Notes under the pieces: generated by a model
Told to the model about the DNA's origin: nothing
The model's input: the letters and a program-made list of their open reading frames with translations, nothing else
Databases searched by the model: none
Made by a program: the position numbers and the translations under genes
Part shown: positions 56,849 through 64,000 of the stretch, piece after piece
How the letters are laid out: the number at the start of each line of letters is the position of its first letter
Numbering within the stretch: position 1 is the first letter of the stretch
Source of the DNA: Patescibacteria group bacterium
Lineage (GTDB): Bacteria; Patescibacteriota; Saccharimonadia; Saccharimonadales; 2-12-FULL-41-12
Assembly (NCBI GenBank): GCA_038064875.1
Contig: JBBTSC010000001.1
Coordinates: 251,004-315,003, forward strand
Direction of reading: 5' to 3'
DNA: 64,000 bases

Positions 56849-57568
56849 TTAGTTAGCTTTTTCTATGTAGTCTAGCTCTTGATCAAAAGTCTGAGTCATG
56901 TCTAGCGCAACCGCATACGCAGCATCTTCTTGGGGTATGTCTTCTGCCCTTGTACCGACATAAGATGATTCACATTCATTCAGTGAAATATAACTACTAA
57001 ATGCACGTCTATTATTCTCTGAGTCAAAATGATAATCAGATTCCGCTGAATATGAGCGACGACATACGTTTTCATCCTGACCAGACAAATCAACTTCTAT
57101 TCTAGCACTGGTTTGATCACCTTCGACGAGTGGGTTCTTTATGTCTCTATTTACACTTACTAGTACCTTCTCTACATCACCTGAACGAATTCGTCTGTCA
57201 CTCTTTCGAGGATCAAATCCCGGTGCAAATGTCACTTCCAATAACGACCCAAGACTACTCCCCGTAATGCTAAGCTCTTTACGCCCATCTGATTTACCCC
57301 AAAATGAATTATAATTATCATCTGTTTGAGCAAACTTTACAGCATCTCTACCAACTCTAGCCATAGAAGGGTTCAGTATCTTTTTGACATTCTTTTCTAT
57401 CTTTGCAGGACTAGGTTTTATGACAGTCTTATCTTCGCTACCAACAATCCCACAACCTGATAGAGCCATGGCAAAGCCAACCAAACCAAGTCTTAAGAGC
57501 TTCTTTGGTAGATTTCCATATGACCTATTTGCTGATCCGTCAACAACACGATCCTTTATCCTATTCAT
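56849..57568 (-). CDS. Hypothetical lipoprotein
   Basis: Lipobox LSGC after a hydrophobic segment (LGLVGFAMALSGCG). ATG 57568 is preferred because the track start at 57652 would overlap the divergent gdpD promoter and start. Confidence 0.6.
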   Translation of the reverse strand: MNRIKDRVVDGSANRSYGNLPKKLLRLGLVGFAMALSGCGIVGSEDKTVIKPSPAKIEKNVKKILNPSMARVGRDAVKFAQTDDNYNSFWGKSDGRKELSITGSSLGSLLEVTFAPGFDPRKSDRRIRSGDVEKVLVSVNRDIKNPLVEGDQTSARIEVDLSGQDENVCRRSYSAESDYHFDSENNRRAFSSYISLNECESSYVGTRAEDIPQEDAAYAVALDMTQTFDQELDYIEKAN

Positions 57569-57631
57569 TGCGATATACTGTACAACTTTAAGTTTAATGT
57601 TGCAAGTACCGACCATGTTATTATAGTTTTT

Positions 57632-58300
57632 ATGATGCATATAATTGGTCACCGCGGCGCCGCCGGACTCGCCCCAGAAAATACACTTAAGTCAATTAAA
57701 CTGGCTCGAAAGTTTTCTGTCCAGGCTATTGAATTTGATATTCGTATTACCAAAGACTATAAATTAGTTGTTTGTCACGACAAAGACCTTGAGCGCATTG
57801 CAAATAAAAAATCATTAATTAGCAAATTAACACTCGTAGAAATATTGGCAGTAAAAACAATCTCAGGAGAGCCAATACCGACTTTGGCGCAAGCTATCAA
57901 AGAGGCTGGAGACACAGCTCTGCTTATCGAAGGGAAAGATAGCCGTTGGGCAGAAAGCCTAGCAAAGACTCTCAAGTCTACAGCTTTTAGCAACCCGCCC
58001 AAGGTATTGTCCTTTAATCACAAGGAGCTCCTGAAATTCAAAAAGCTCAGTCCTCAAACCTTTCTAGTAGCATCAGAGCAGCATAATCCTTTCAAGACAA
58101 TTTACTTTGCAAAAGAGAATAATATACCAGCAGTCTGCATGAAGTTCTGGATTTATCATCCGATAATGTATTGGCTGGCTCAGAAAAACAACTTAGAAAT
58201 GTACGCCTATACCATCAATAACCGCCTAGTTGCCAGGATATTTCACTTGCTTTATCCAAAGGTGATGATCATCACCAATTACCCGAACAAATTTAACTAG
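57632..58300 (+). CDS. Glycerophosphodiester phosphodiesterase family protein
   Basis: IIGHRGAAGLAPENT N-terminal catalytic motif and E..D/H pattern. TTGCAA-N16-TATAGT lies immediately upstream. Tandem ATGs at 57632 and 57635. Confidence 0.85.
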   Translation: MMHIIGHRGAAGLAPENTLKSIKLARKFSVQAIEFDIRITKDYKLVVCHDKDLERIANKKSLISKLTLVEILAVKTISGEPIPTLAQAIKEAGDTALLIEGKDSRWAESLAKTLKSTAFSNPPKVLSFNHKELLKFKKLSPQTFLVASEQHNPFKTIYFAKENNIPAVCMKFWIYHPIMYWLAQKNNLEMYAYTINNRLVARIFHLLYPKVMIITNYPNKFN

Positions 58301-61300
58301 CTTTTTGGGTGGCCCAGTCGTAAGCGTTGGTGAAAAGTTTGAACCATGGACTGTATTTTGAGTCGTATGGGTTATGTGAATTTTGAATACTTAGGAAAGC
58401 CCTCTCAGGGTGAGGCATTAGGATTGTGGCACGACCATCTTCTGACGTAACAGATGTAATTCCACTTTTTGTACCATTAGGATTCCATGGATAAACTTCA
58501 GTGTTTTGGCCTTTGCTGTCAACAAATTTTGCACTGATATTCTGTGGATTGCCGTCAAAGACCATTCGTCCTTCGCCGTGTGCAACTGGCACTGGCAATA
58601 CTGAGCCAGCCATTCCACCTAGCAACACTGAAGGTGAATCTTCTATTTCTACGCTAGCAACTCTTGCCTCAAATTGTTCGCTGATATTTTGTTGCAAACT
58701 TGGCCAAGCTTCAGCTCCAGGGATGATTGATTTTAGGTGAGACAGCATCTGGCAACCATTACACACGCCTAGAGTAAGAGTATCTGGTCGTTCAAAGAAT
58801 TGCTTGAACTGTTCTTTTAGATCTTTGTTATTAAGTATCGTCTTAGCCCAGCCTGCTCCTGCTCCTAGAACATCTCCGTAAGAGAACCCACCACAAACAG
58901 CTAGCACGCTGTAATCATCTAGCTTCTTTTTGCCACTGATCAAATCACTCATGTGTATGTCATGAGCTTCAAATCCAGCGTGGGTGAAAGCAGCCGCCAT
59001 TTCGACTTGGCCATTAACTCCTTGCTCTCGCAATATTGCCACTTTTGGTTTCCCACTACTAGATTTTGGTGCAGTTGGAATTTCAAAAGTTACTTTGTCC
59101 GGCAGTCCTGCGTTGCTATCATCAGCAATTACTTTTTCTTCTGAATCTACTGATTCTGGATTTTCTCTAAGTCGCCTAATCGCATTGCTGTTAGCCTCCC
59201 ATAATGATTCAAGATCACTCCTTTCAGCCGAGTAATTGAAGTCTTTATCTGTTATTTGTATTATCTGTTCTTTAGTTACTTCGCCGATTTCAAAGACATT
59301 GCCAGTAACTTTGGCTTTAATTTCGTCAATTATATCACCAGACTGATTAGATTTGACCTGGATTACGGCTCCAATTTCTTCAGAAAATAGTTTATTTTTT
59401 ATATCGCCAGATTGATATTCTAGATTGACATTCACACCCTTGCGACCTGCGAACATCATCTCTGCCAGCGTGGCGAATAATCCACCGTCAGACCTGTCAT
59501 GGTAAGCCAAGATTTTGCCTTCAGAATTTAAGCTCTGTATAACTTCAAAATAATTCTTTAGTTGTTCTGGGTCAATATCTGGACAATCACTGTCTGTTAG
59601 TCCATATACCTGAGCAAGTGCGGATCCACCGAGTCGATTTTTGCCTTGACCTAGGTCTATCAAAATCAGCTTCGTGTCACCAGATTTTAGCTCTGGAGTT
59701 AACACATTATTCACGTCATTTACCGGTGCAAATCCTGTAATTACTAGAGAAACTGGGGAAGTTACTGCGGTGTCATCCCAGATAGTTTTCATGCTCAGAG
59801 AATCTTTGCCCACAGGGATTGTCACGCCAATGTTCTGGCAAAACTTACTAACAGCACTGACGGCGTCATGCAGTGCTTCTTTCTGACCTTCATGTTGAGT
59901 CGCTGCCATCCAGTTAGCTGACAAAGTCACTTTACTTAAAGATTCAATTGGTGCTGACGCTATGTTGGTCACCGCCTCTGCCACAGCCATCCGCACAGAC
60001 GCAGGAGAATCATAAATAGCTATCGGTGTTCGCTCGCCCACAGCCATCGCCTCACCTGTTTTGCTACCAAATGTACTTGCAGTTACTGCAACATCTGCAA
60101 CTGGGACTTGCCACGGACCAACCATTTGATCTCTAACTGTTAGTCCGCCAACAGATCTGTCGCCAATAGTTATTAGGAATTTCTTGCTCGCAACTGACGG
60201 TAAGCTTATTACTCTTTTTATTGAATCTTCTACTGATAATTTTGAATAATCTGCTTTGTGGTTTGATCTCTCTGTGCGATCAAACTCTAGCAACTGCCGG
60301 CGGTTGTTGTTGAACAGCGCGCCCATCGGCAGATCAACTGGCTTGTTGTTGAACTGACTGTCACTAACTACTAATTTCTGCTCTTTGCTAGCCTTTCCAA
60401 CTATCGAATACGTACATCGCTCTCTGGCACAGATCTCTTTGAACCGCTCTAAATCTTTTTCTTTGATAGCCATCACATATCGCTCTTGGGCTTCGTTGCA
60501 CCAGATTTCTAGTGGCGACATATCAGGTTCTGCATTTAACACGTCTCTCAACTCAAATTCTGCTCCAACTCCTGCATCGTGGACAAGTTCTGGCAAGGCG
60601 TTAGATAAACCACCCGCCCCAACGTCGTGGATAGATACGATCGGATTAGTTTCACCCATATTGGCACAGGTTGTGATGACCTCTTGAGCTCGTCGTTCTA
60701 GCTCTGCATTTGCACGTTGAACAGATGCAAAATCTAGTTCTGAGTCTGACTGTCCAGAGTTAACACTAGAAGCAGCTCCGCCACCCAGACCAATCAACAT
60801 TGCTGGACCACCCAGGACTATTATGTAATCACCTGGCTCAATTTGCTTCTTATGTGTGTTTGCACCCTTAACATTTCCGAGTCCACCAGCCAACATAATT
60901 GGCTTGTGATAACCCCAATTTACTCCGTCAATTTTCTGTTCAAATGTTCGGAAATATCCAGCCAAATTAATTCGGCCAAATTCATTGCCATAGTGTGCAC
61001 CACCTAGTGGAGCTTCTATCATAATCCCTAGAGAATTTACTATTCTGTCTGGATAATTTGGCTCTGTTTCCCATGGTTGTTTGAGCTCTGGAATATTGAG
61101 GTTGGATACGGTGAATCCTGTTAGTCCCATCTTTGGCCTTGCACCGATTCCTGTCGCTCCTTCGTCTCGTATCTCACCGCCGATTCCTGTACCTGCTCCA
61201 GGGTCTGGAGATATAGCAGTAGGGTGGTTGTGTGTTTCTACTTTTGTGACCAAATGCACTGGTTCGTCTGTGGATTCATAAACTCCATCTTTTGGTGCAA

Positions 61301-62093
61301 AGACTGCACTGTCGTATCCTCTGGTTATGGCTGCATTGTCAGAATAGGCAGAAATAATATCCTTATTAGACTTATCGTATGTATCTTTGATCTTGCTGAA
61401 CAGACTTGCGTCCGCTGGCAAGCCGTTGATATTCCATTTTGCGTTAAAAATTTTGTGGCGACAATGTTCACTGTTGATCTGTGCGTACATCATGATTTCT
61501 ACGTCTGTCGGATCGTGATTGATCTTGGTAAATTCTTCTGTCAGGTAATCCAAATCATCGTCTGATAATCCTGTACTGAGTTCTTTATTCGCTTCAACAA
61601 GTGCCTGCTTGCCCTGCTCGTTCACACTGTAGGTTTTGAGAGGTTTTGGCTCTCCGACATTAAACATATCTGATAGCTGATCAACACCGCTCACGATGAT
61701 CTCACTCATCCTGTCAGAAAATATATCTGTAAGTTTTTTAAGATCAATCTCCGCTTCGCTCTGGATAAAGTAGATTATTCCTCGTTCGACTCGGCCGACG
61801 CTTGCACCGCTGTTTTTGATAATATCGCTAGCTTTTGATGACCATGGTGATATCGTGCCTAGCCGTGGCAATACTACAAATTGTTGATTATGTGTGGTTT
61901 CTTGAAATGGCTCTGAATAATCAAACAGGTTACCTATAATTTCTTTGTCTTTGTCTGACAGTTTATCGCTATTAACAAAATGAACATACTGTGCAGATAT
62001 ATCAGATACTTTAGCTCCAGAACTTTTAAGGTCGGCAAGCAGAGATTTCTTGTTAGTTGCAGAAAGTGCCTGACCACCTTCTAGGATTATCAC
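58293..62093 (-). CDS. purL: Phosphoribosylformylglycinamidine synthase, single-chain large type
   Basis: 1266 aa with AIR-synthase-like repeats and a C-terminal glutaminase carrying GVCNGCQ and HPE. Confidence 0.96.
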   Translation of the reverse strand: MIILEGGQALSATNKKSLLADLKSSGAKVSDISAQYVHFVNSDKLSDKDKEIIGNLFDYSEPFQETTHNQQFVVLPRLGTISPWSSKASDIIKNSGASVGRVERGIIYFIQSEAEIDLKKLTDIFSDRMSEIIVSGVDQLSDMFNVGEPKPLKTYSVNEQGKQALVEANKELSTGLSDDDLDYLTEEFTKINHDPTDVEIMMYAQINSEHCRHKIFNAKWNINGLPADASLFSKIKDTYDKSNKDIISAYSDNAAITRGYDSAVFAPKDGVYESTDEPVHLVTKVETHNHPTAISPDPGAGTGIGGEIRDEGATGIGARPKMGLTGFTVSNLNIPELKQPWETEPNYPDRIVNSLGIMIEAPLGGAHYGNEFGRINLAGYFRTFEQKIDGVNWGYHKPIMLAGGLGNVKGANTHKKQIEPGDYIIVLGGPAMLIGLGGGAASSVNSGQSDSELDFASVQRANAELERRAQEVITTCANMGETNPIVSIHDVGAGGLSNALPELVHDAGVGAEFELRDVLNAEPDMSPLEIWCNEAQERYVMAIKEKDLERFKEICARERCTYSIVGKASKEQKLVVSDSQFNNKPVDLPMGALFNNNRRQLLEFDRTERSNHKADYSKLSVEDSIKRVISLPSVASKKFLITIGDRSVGGLTVRDQMVGPWQVPVADVAVTASTFGSKTGEAMAVGERTPIAIYDSPASVRMAVAEAVTNIASAPIESLSKVTLSANWMAATQHEGQKEALHDAVSAVSKFCQNIGVTIPVGKDSLSMKTIWDDTAVTSPVSLVITGFAPVNDVNNVLTPELKSGDTKLILIDLGQGKNRLGGSALAQVYGLTDSDCPDIDPEQLKNYFEVIQSLNSEGKILAYHDRSDGGLFATLAEMMFAGRKGVNVNLEYQSGDIKNKLFSEEIGAVIQVKSNQSGDIIDEIKAKVTGNVFEIGEVTKEQIIQITDKDFNYSAERSDLESLWEANSNAIRRLRENPESVDSEEKVIADDSNAGLPDKVTFEIPTAPKSSSGKPKVAILREQGVNGQVEMAAAFTHAGFEAHDIHMSDLISGKKKLDDYSVLAVCGGFSYGDVLGAGAGWAKTILNNKDLKEQFKQFFERPDTLTLGVCNGCQMLSHLKSIIPGAEAWPSLQQNISEQFEARVASVEIEDSPSVLLGGMAGSVLPVPVAHGEGRMVFDGNPQNISAKFVDSKGQNTEVYPWNPNGTKSGITSVTSEDGRATILMPHPERAFLSIQNSHNPYDSKYSPWFKLFTNAYDWATQKAS

Positions 62094-63211
62094 CCACGTA
62101 CTCCCAAGCTGTCAGATTTAAATTCAATATCTAGAGGTTTGATCCTCACTGCCTTCTCGTCAGCTACAACATGTCCTGCGTCCCAAGCTTTCAAATTCAC
62201 AGAACTAGCTATCTCAACCACTTGCTCTGCGTACTTTTCTGGCACGTAGATAGCAAAGCCTACTCCCATATTGAAGTTTCCGTACATTTCCTCGACAGAG
62301 GCATTTGCCTTTTCTTTGATAAATTCAAATTCCGCTGGGTATTCAGGGACTTGCTCGATTATATAGGCTAGATCATCTCTGTTAGCACGCATAAGCTTTC
62401 GCCAGCCATGACCTGTGACATTCACCATATAATGCAGTTCAATTTTTGCTTCTTGTAGAGCCCTAACTAGGTCAACATATATGTGAGTCGGAGATAGTAA
62501 TGCTTCGCCGTAGGTTCGACCATCAGCGATTTTAGTGCCGTAGCCTTCTGTTAGTCCTTCTGCGATTTTGCGAGCCATAGTTAGACCATTCGCGTGTATC
62601 CCACTGCTCTCTACCAAAATGATCCGATCACCTTCCGCTAATTTGTCGCCCAGCACAAGGTTAGATTTGTCGGCGATACTACCAACTGCAGAACCTGCAA
62701 GATCGATTGTGCTTGGCTCGATAATTCCTTTTAGTGCTGGCGTCTCGCCACCACCCCAGCTTGCTCCTGCCAACTGACATGCTTTAGCCCAGCCAGATAT
62801 TAGATCGTTGGCTCGTTCTTTATCTTCCATCCATGCACTGTCGCCTATAGCGAAATATGCGTTGACTACATTTGGCAGAGCTCCGACAACTATCAGGTCG
62901 TTTACGATCATAGCGATTGTGTCTTGAGCTATTTGGTCATAATAACTTTTGCCACCGATTCCTCGCATTTCGTCCGCGACCAAGTTCTTTGTGCCCAAAC
63001 CTTCTACCACAAGTGCACGGTACATATTGTCTTCTTCCCAGACATAGGCTGACTCGCCACGGCTGAGTGGGAGCTCTTTCATTCCGAATTTTTCTAAGTT
63101 GCTAGATGTCGTTTTAGCCATATCCTGCGACAATACTTTTGCAGGGTCTATTGATCCGTAATTCACTCCGGAATCTGAATAAGTAAGCTGGGATTCGTCG
63201 GATCCTGTCAT
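62090..63211 (-). CDS. purM: PurM-family protein (AIR synthase-like, divergent)
   Basis: GTKNLVA, VNDLIVVGA, GGETPAL, SSGIHANGL, VTGHGW and FNMGVGF are collinear with the PurM motifs. It overlaps purL by 4 bp. Confidence 0.82.
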   Translation of the reverse strand: MTGSDESQLTYSDSGVNYGSIDPAKVLSQDMAKTTSSNLEKFGMKELPLSRGESAYVWEEDNMYRALVVEGLGTKNLVADEMRGIGGKSYYDQIAQDTIAMIVNDLIVVGALPNVVNAYFAIGDSAWMEDKERANDLISGWAKACQLAGASWGGGETPALKGIIEPSTIDLAGSAVGSIADKSNLVLGDKLAEGDRIILVESSGIHANGLTMARKIAEGLTEGYGTKIADGRTYGEALLSPTHIYVDLVRALQEAKIELHYMVNVTGHGWRKLMRANRDDLAYIIEQVPEYPAEFEFIKEKANASVEEMYGNFNMGVGFAIYVPEKYAEQVVEIASSVNLKAWDAGHVVADEKAVRIKPLDIEFKSDSLGVRG

Positions 63212-63247
63212 TTACTATATTCTACCACAAAGATATTAGCGTGTTAT

Positions 63248-63733
63248 CTAATTTTGGAGGCTGGCGTCGTCTTCTAGGACTTTGGCGGATTGTTTTGCGC
63301 GAAATTCGTCGTATTTTTTGGCAATTTCTGGGTCGCTAAGGGCTAGGATCTCAACTGCTAGCAAGGCAGCGTTTTTATGGCCGTTTTCTGGCATAGTCGC
63401 TACTGGGACCCCTGGAGGAAGTGCTATGTTAGACCACAAAGCCTCATGACCATGGTTGTCTCTTTTTACAGGAATAGAGATTACTGGCAATGTAGTGTGT
63501 GCGGTGACAACTCCCGCAAGGTGAGCTGAGCCACCTGCACCAGCAACAATAATTTTCATACCGTTTGCTTTGGCATTTTCTGCATATGCACAGGCTTCTT
63601 TGGGTGTGCGGTGCGCAGACAGAACTCGTAGTTCGCTGGTGATGCCGAATTCATCAAGTACTTTTTTAACACCTTCCATAATGTCAAGATCTGACTTGGA
63701 ACCCATCATAATACCGACTTGTATATTGCTCAT
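63248..63733 (-). CDS. purE: N5-CAIR mutase / AIR carboxylase catalytic subunit
   Basis: GSKSD, HRTP and AGGSAHLAGV motifs. ATG 63733 is preferred because ATG 63742 lies inside the predicted -10 box. Confidence 0.92.
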   Translation of the reverse strand: MSNIQVGIMMGSKSDLDIMEGVKKVLDEFGITSELRVLSAHRTPKEACAYAENAKANGMKIIVAGAGGSAHLAGVVTAHTTLPVISIPVKRDNHGHEALWSNIALPPGVPVATMPENGHKNAALLAVEILALSDPEIAKKYDEFRAKQSAKVLEDDASLQN

Positions 63734-63802
63734 TACACCCATTGTAATACAAATTACATTTTTTTTGAAAACTCTTCAAGATTTTTTGATATAATATAGG
63801 CA

Positions 63803-64000
63803 ATGAACATTGCGACCACAGATTTTTCATTTAAGGGTCAAACAAATCTCTACCACGGAAAAGTCAGAGATGTGTATTATATCGGCGACAAAGTTGCCAT
63901 GATAGCCACTGACAGAATCTCTGCGTTTGATTACAAATTCCCAGAGCTTATCCCGCACAAAGGCCAAGTCCTTAACCAAATCGCAACATATTTCTTAGAA
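63803..64000 (+). CDS. purC: SAICAR synthase, 5' part only
   Basis: [43 protein letters not shown] matches the PurC N-terminus (GKxRDxY, TDRxSAFD). The ORF runs off the window. Confidence 0.9.
   Translation, partial: MNIATTDFSFKGQTNLYHGKVRDVYYIGDKVAMIATDRISAFDYKFPELIPHKGQVLNQIATYFLE

Noticed and set aside
1-64000. CRISPR arrays, transposases, integrases, prophage genes and toxin-antitoxin pairs.
   Set aside because: I found no regularly spaced direct repeats and no ORFs with recombinase, transposase or phage structural signatures. The only repeats noticed are the two CIRCE modules and the tRNA-Leu 3' duplication.

Overview
The window is a densely packed, AT-rich bacterial chromosome segment. 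Almost all genes are on the minus strand, and many are joined by 1-4 bp overlaps. Most are housekeeping genes: rpoB and rpoC (rpoC partial), clpP, tig, hisS, recG, a class A PBP, radA, clpC, nusA, pepN, rplS, a PilB/GspE ATPase, dnaE, gatCAB and uvrB.

A sugar-phosphate cluster of about 12 kb holds class I and class II aldolases, a split transketolase, rpe, rpiB, gap, two NUDIX genes, an IMPase-family gene and ppa. The 3' end carries purL, a purM-like gene, purE and the start of purC. One tRNA-Leu(UAG) is present. I saw no rRNA, CRISPR array, transposase or integrase.

The gene content, the broken classical synteny and the split transketolase suggest a reduced-genome lineage such as Patescibacteria/CPR (Saccharibacteria-like). 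That placement is inference only.

No obvious defence island or mobile element is visible. The items most worth a second look are:
- Two near-identical promoter modules in front of clpP and clpC. Each has a CIRCE inverted repeat with the -35 box inside its spacer.
- A partial tRNA-Leu 3' copy next to the intact tRNA. It carries an 87-nt three-hairpin insertion at the T-loop and sits between two intrinsic terminators.
- A plant-type class II ketol-acid reductoisomerase. It forms its own promoter-to-terminator unit with an unknown 92-aa ORF.
- A leader, terminator and 18-codon mini-ORF ahead of an operon that couples a Cys-rich unknown protein, an aspartoacylase-family protein and hisS.
- Unknown genes wired into conserved operons: gatC-gatA-X-gatB, clpC-X-radA and PfkB kinase-X-LOG-like.
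- A recurring TAnAAT-N6/8-ATG arrangement that suggests leaderless mRNAs.
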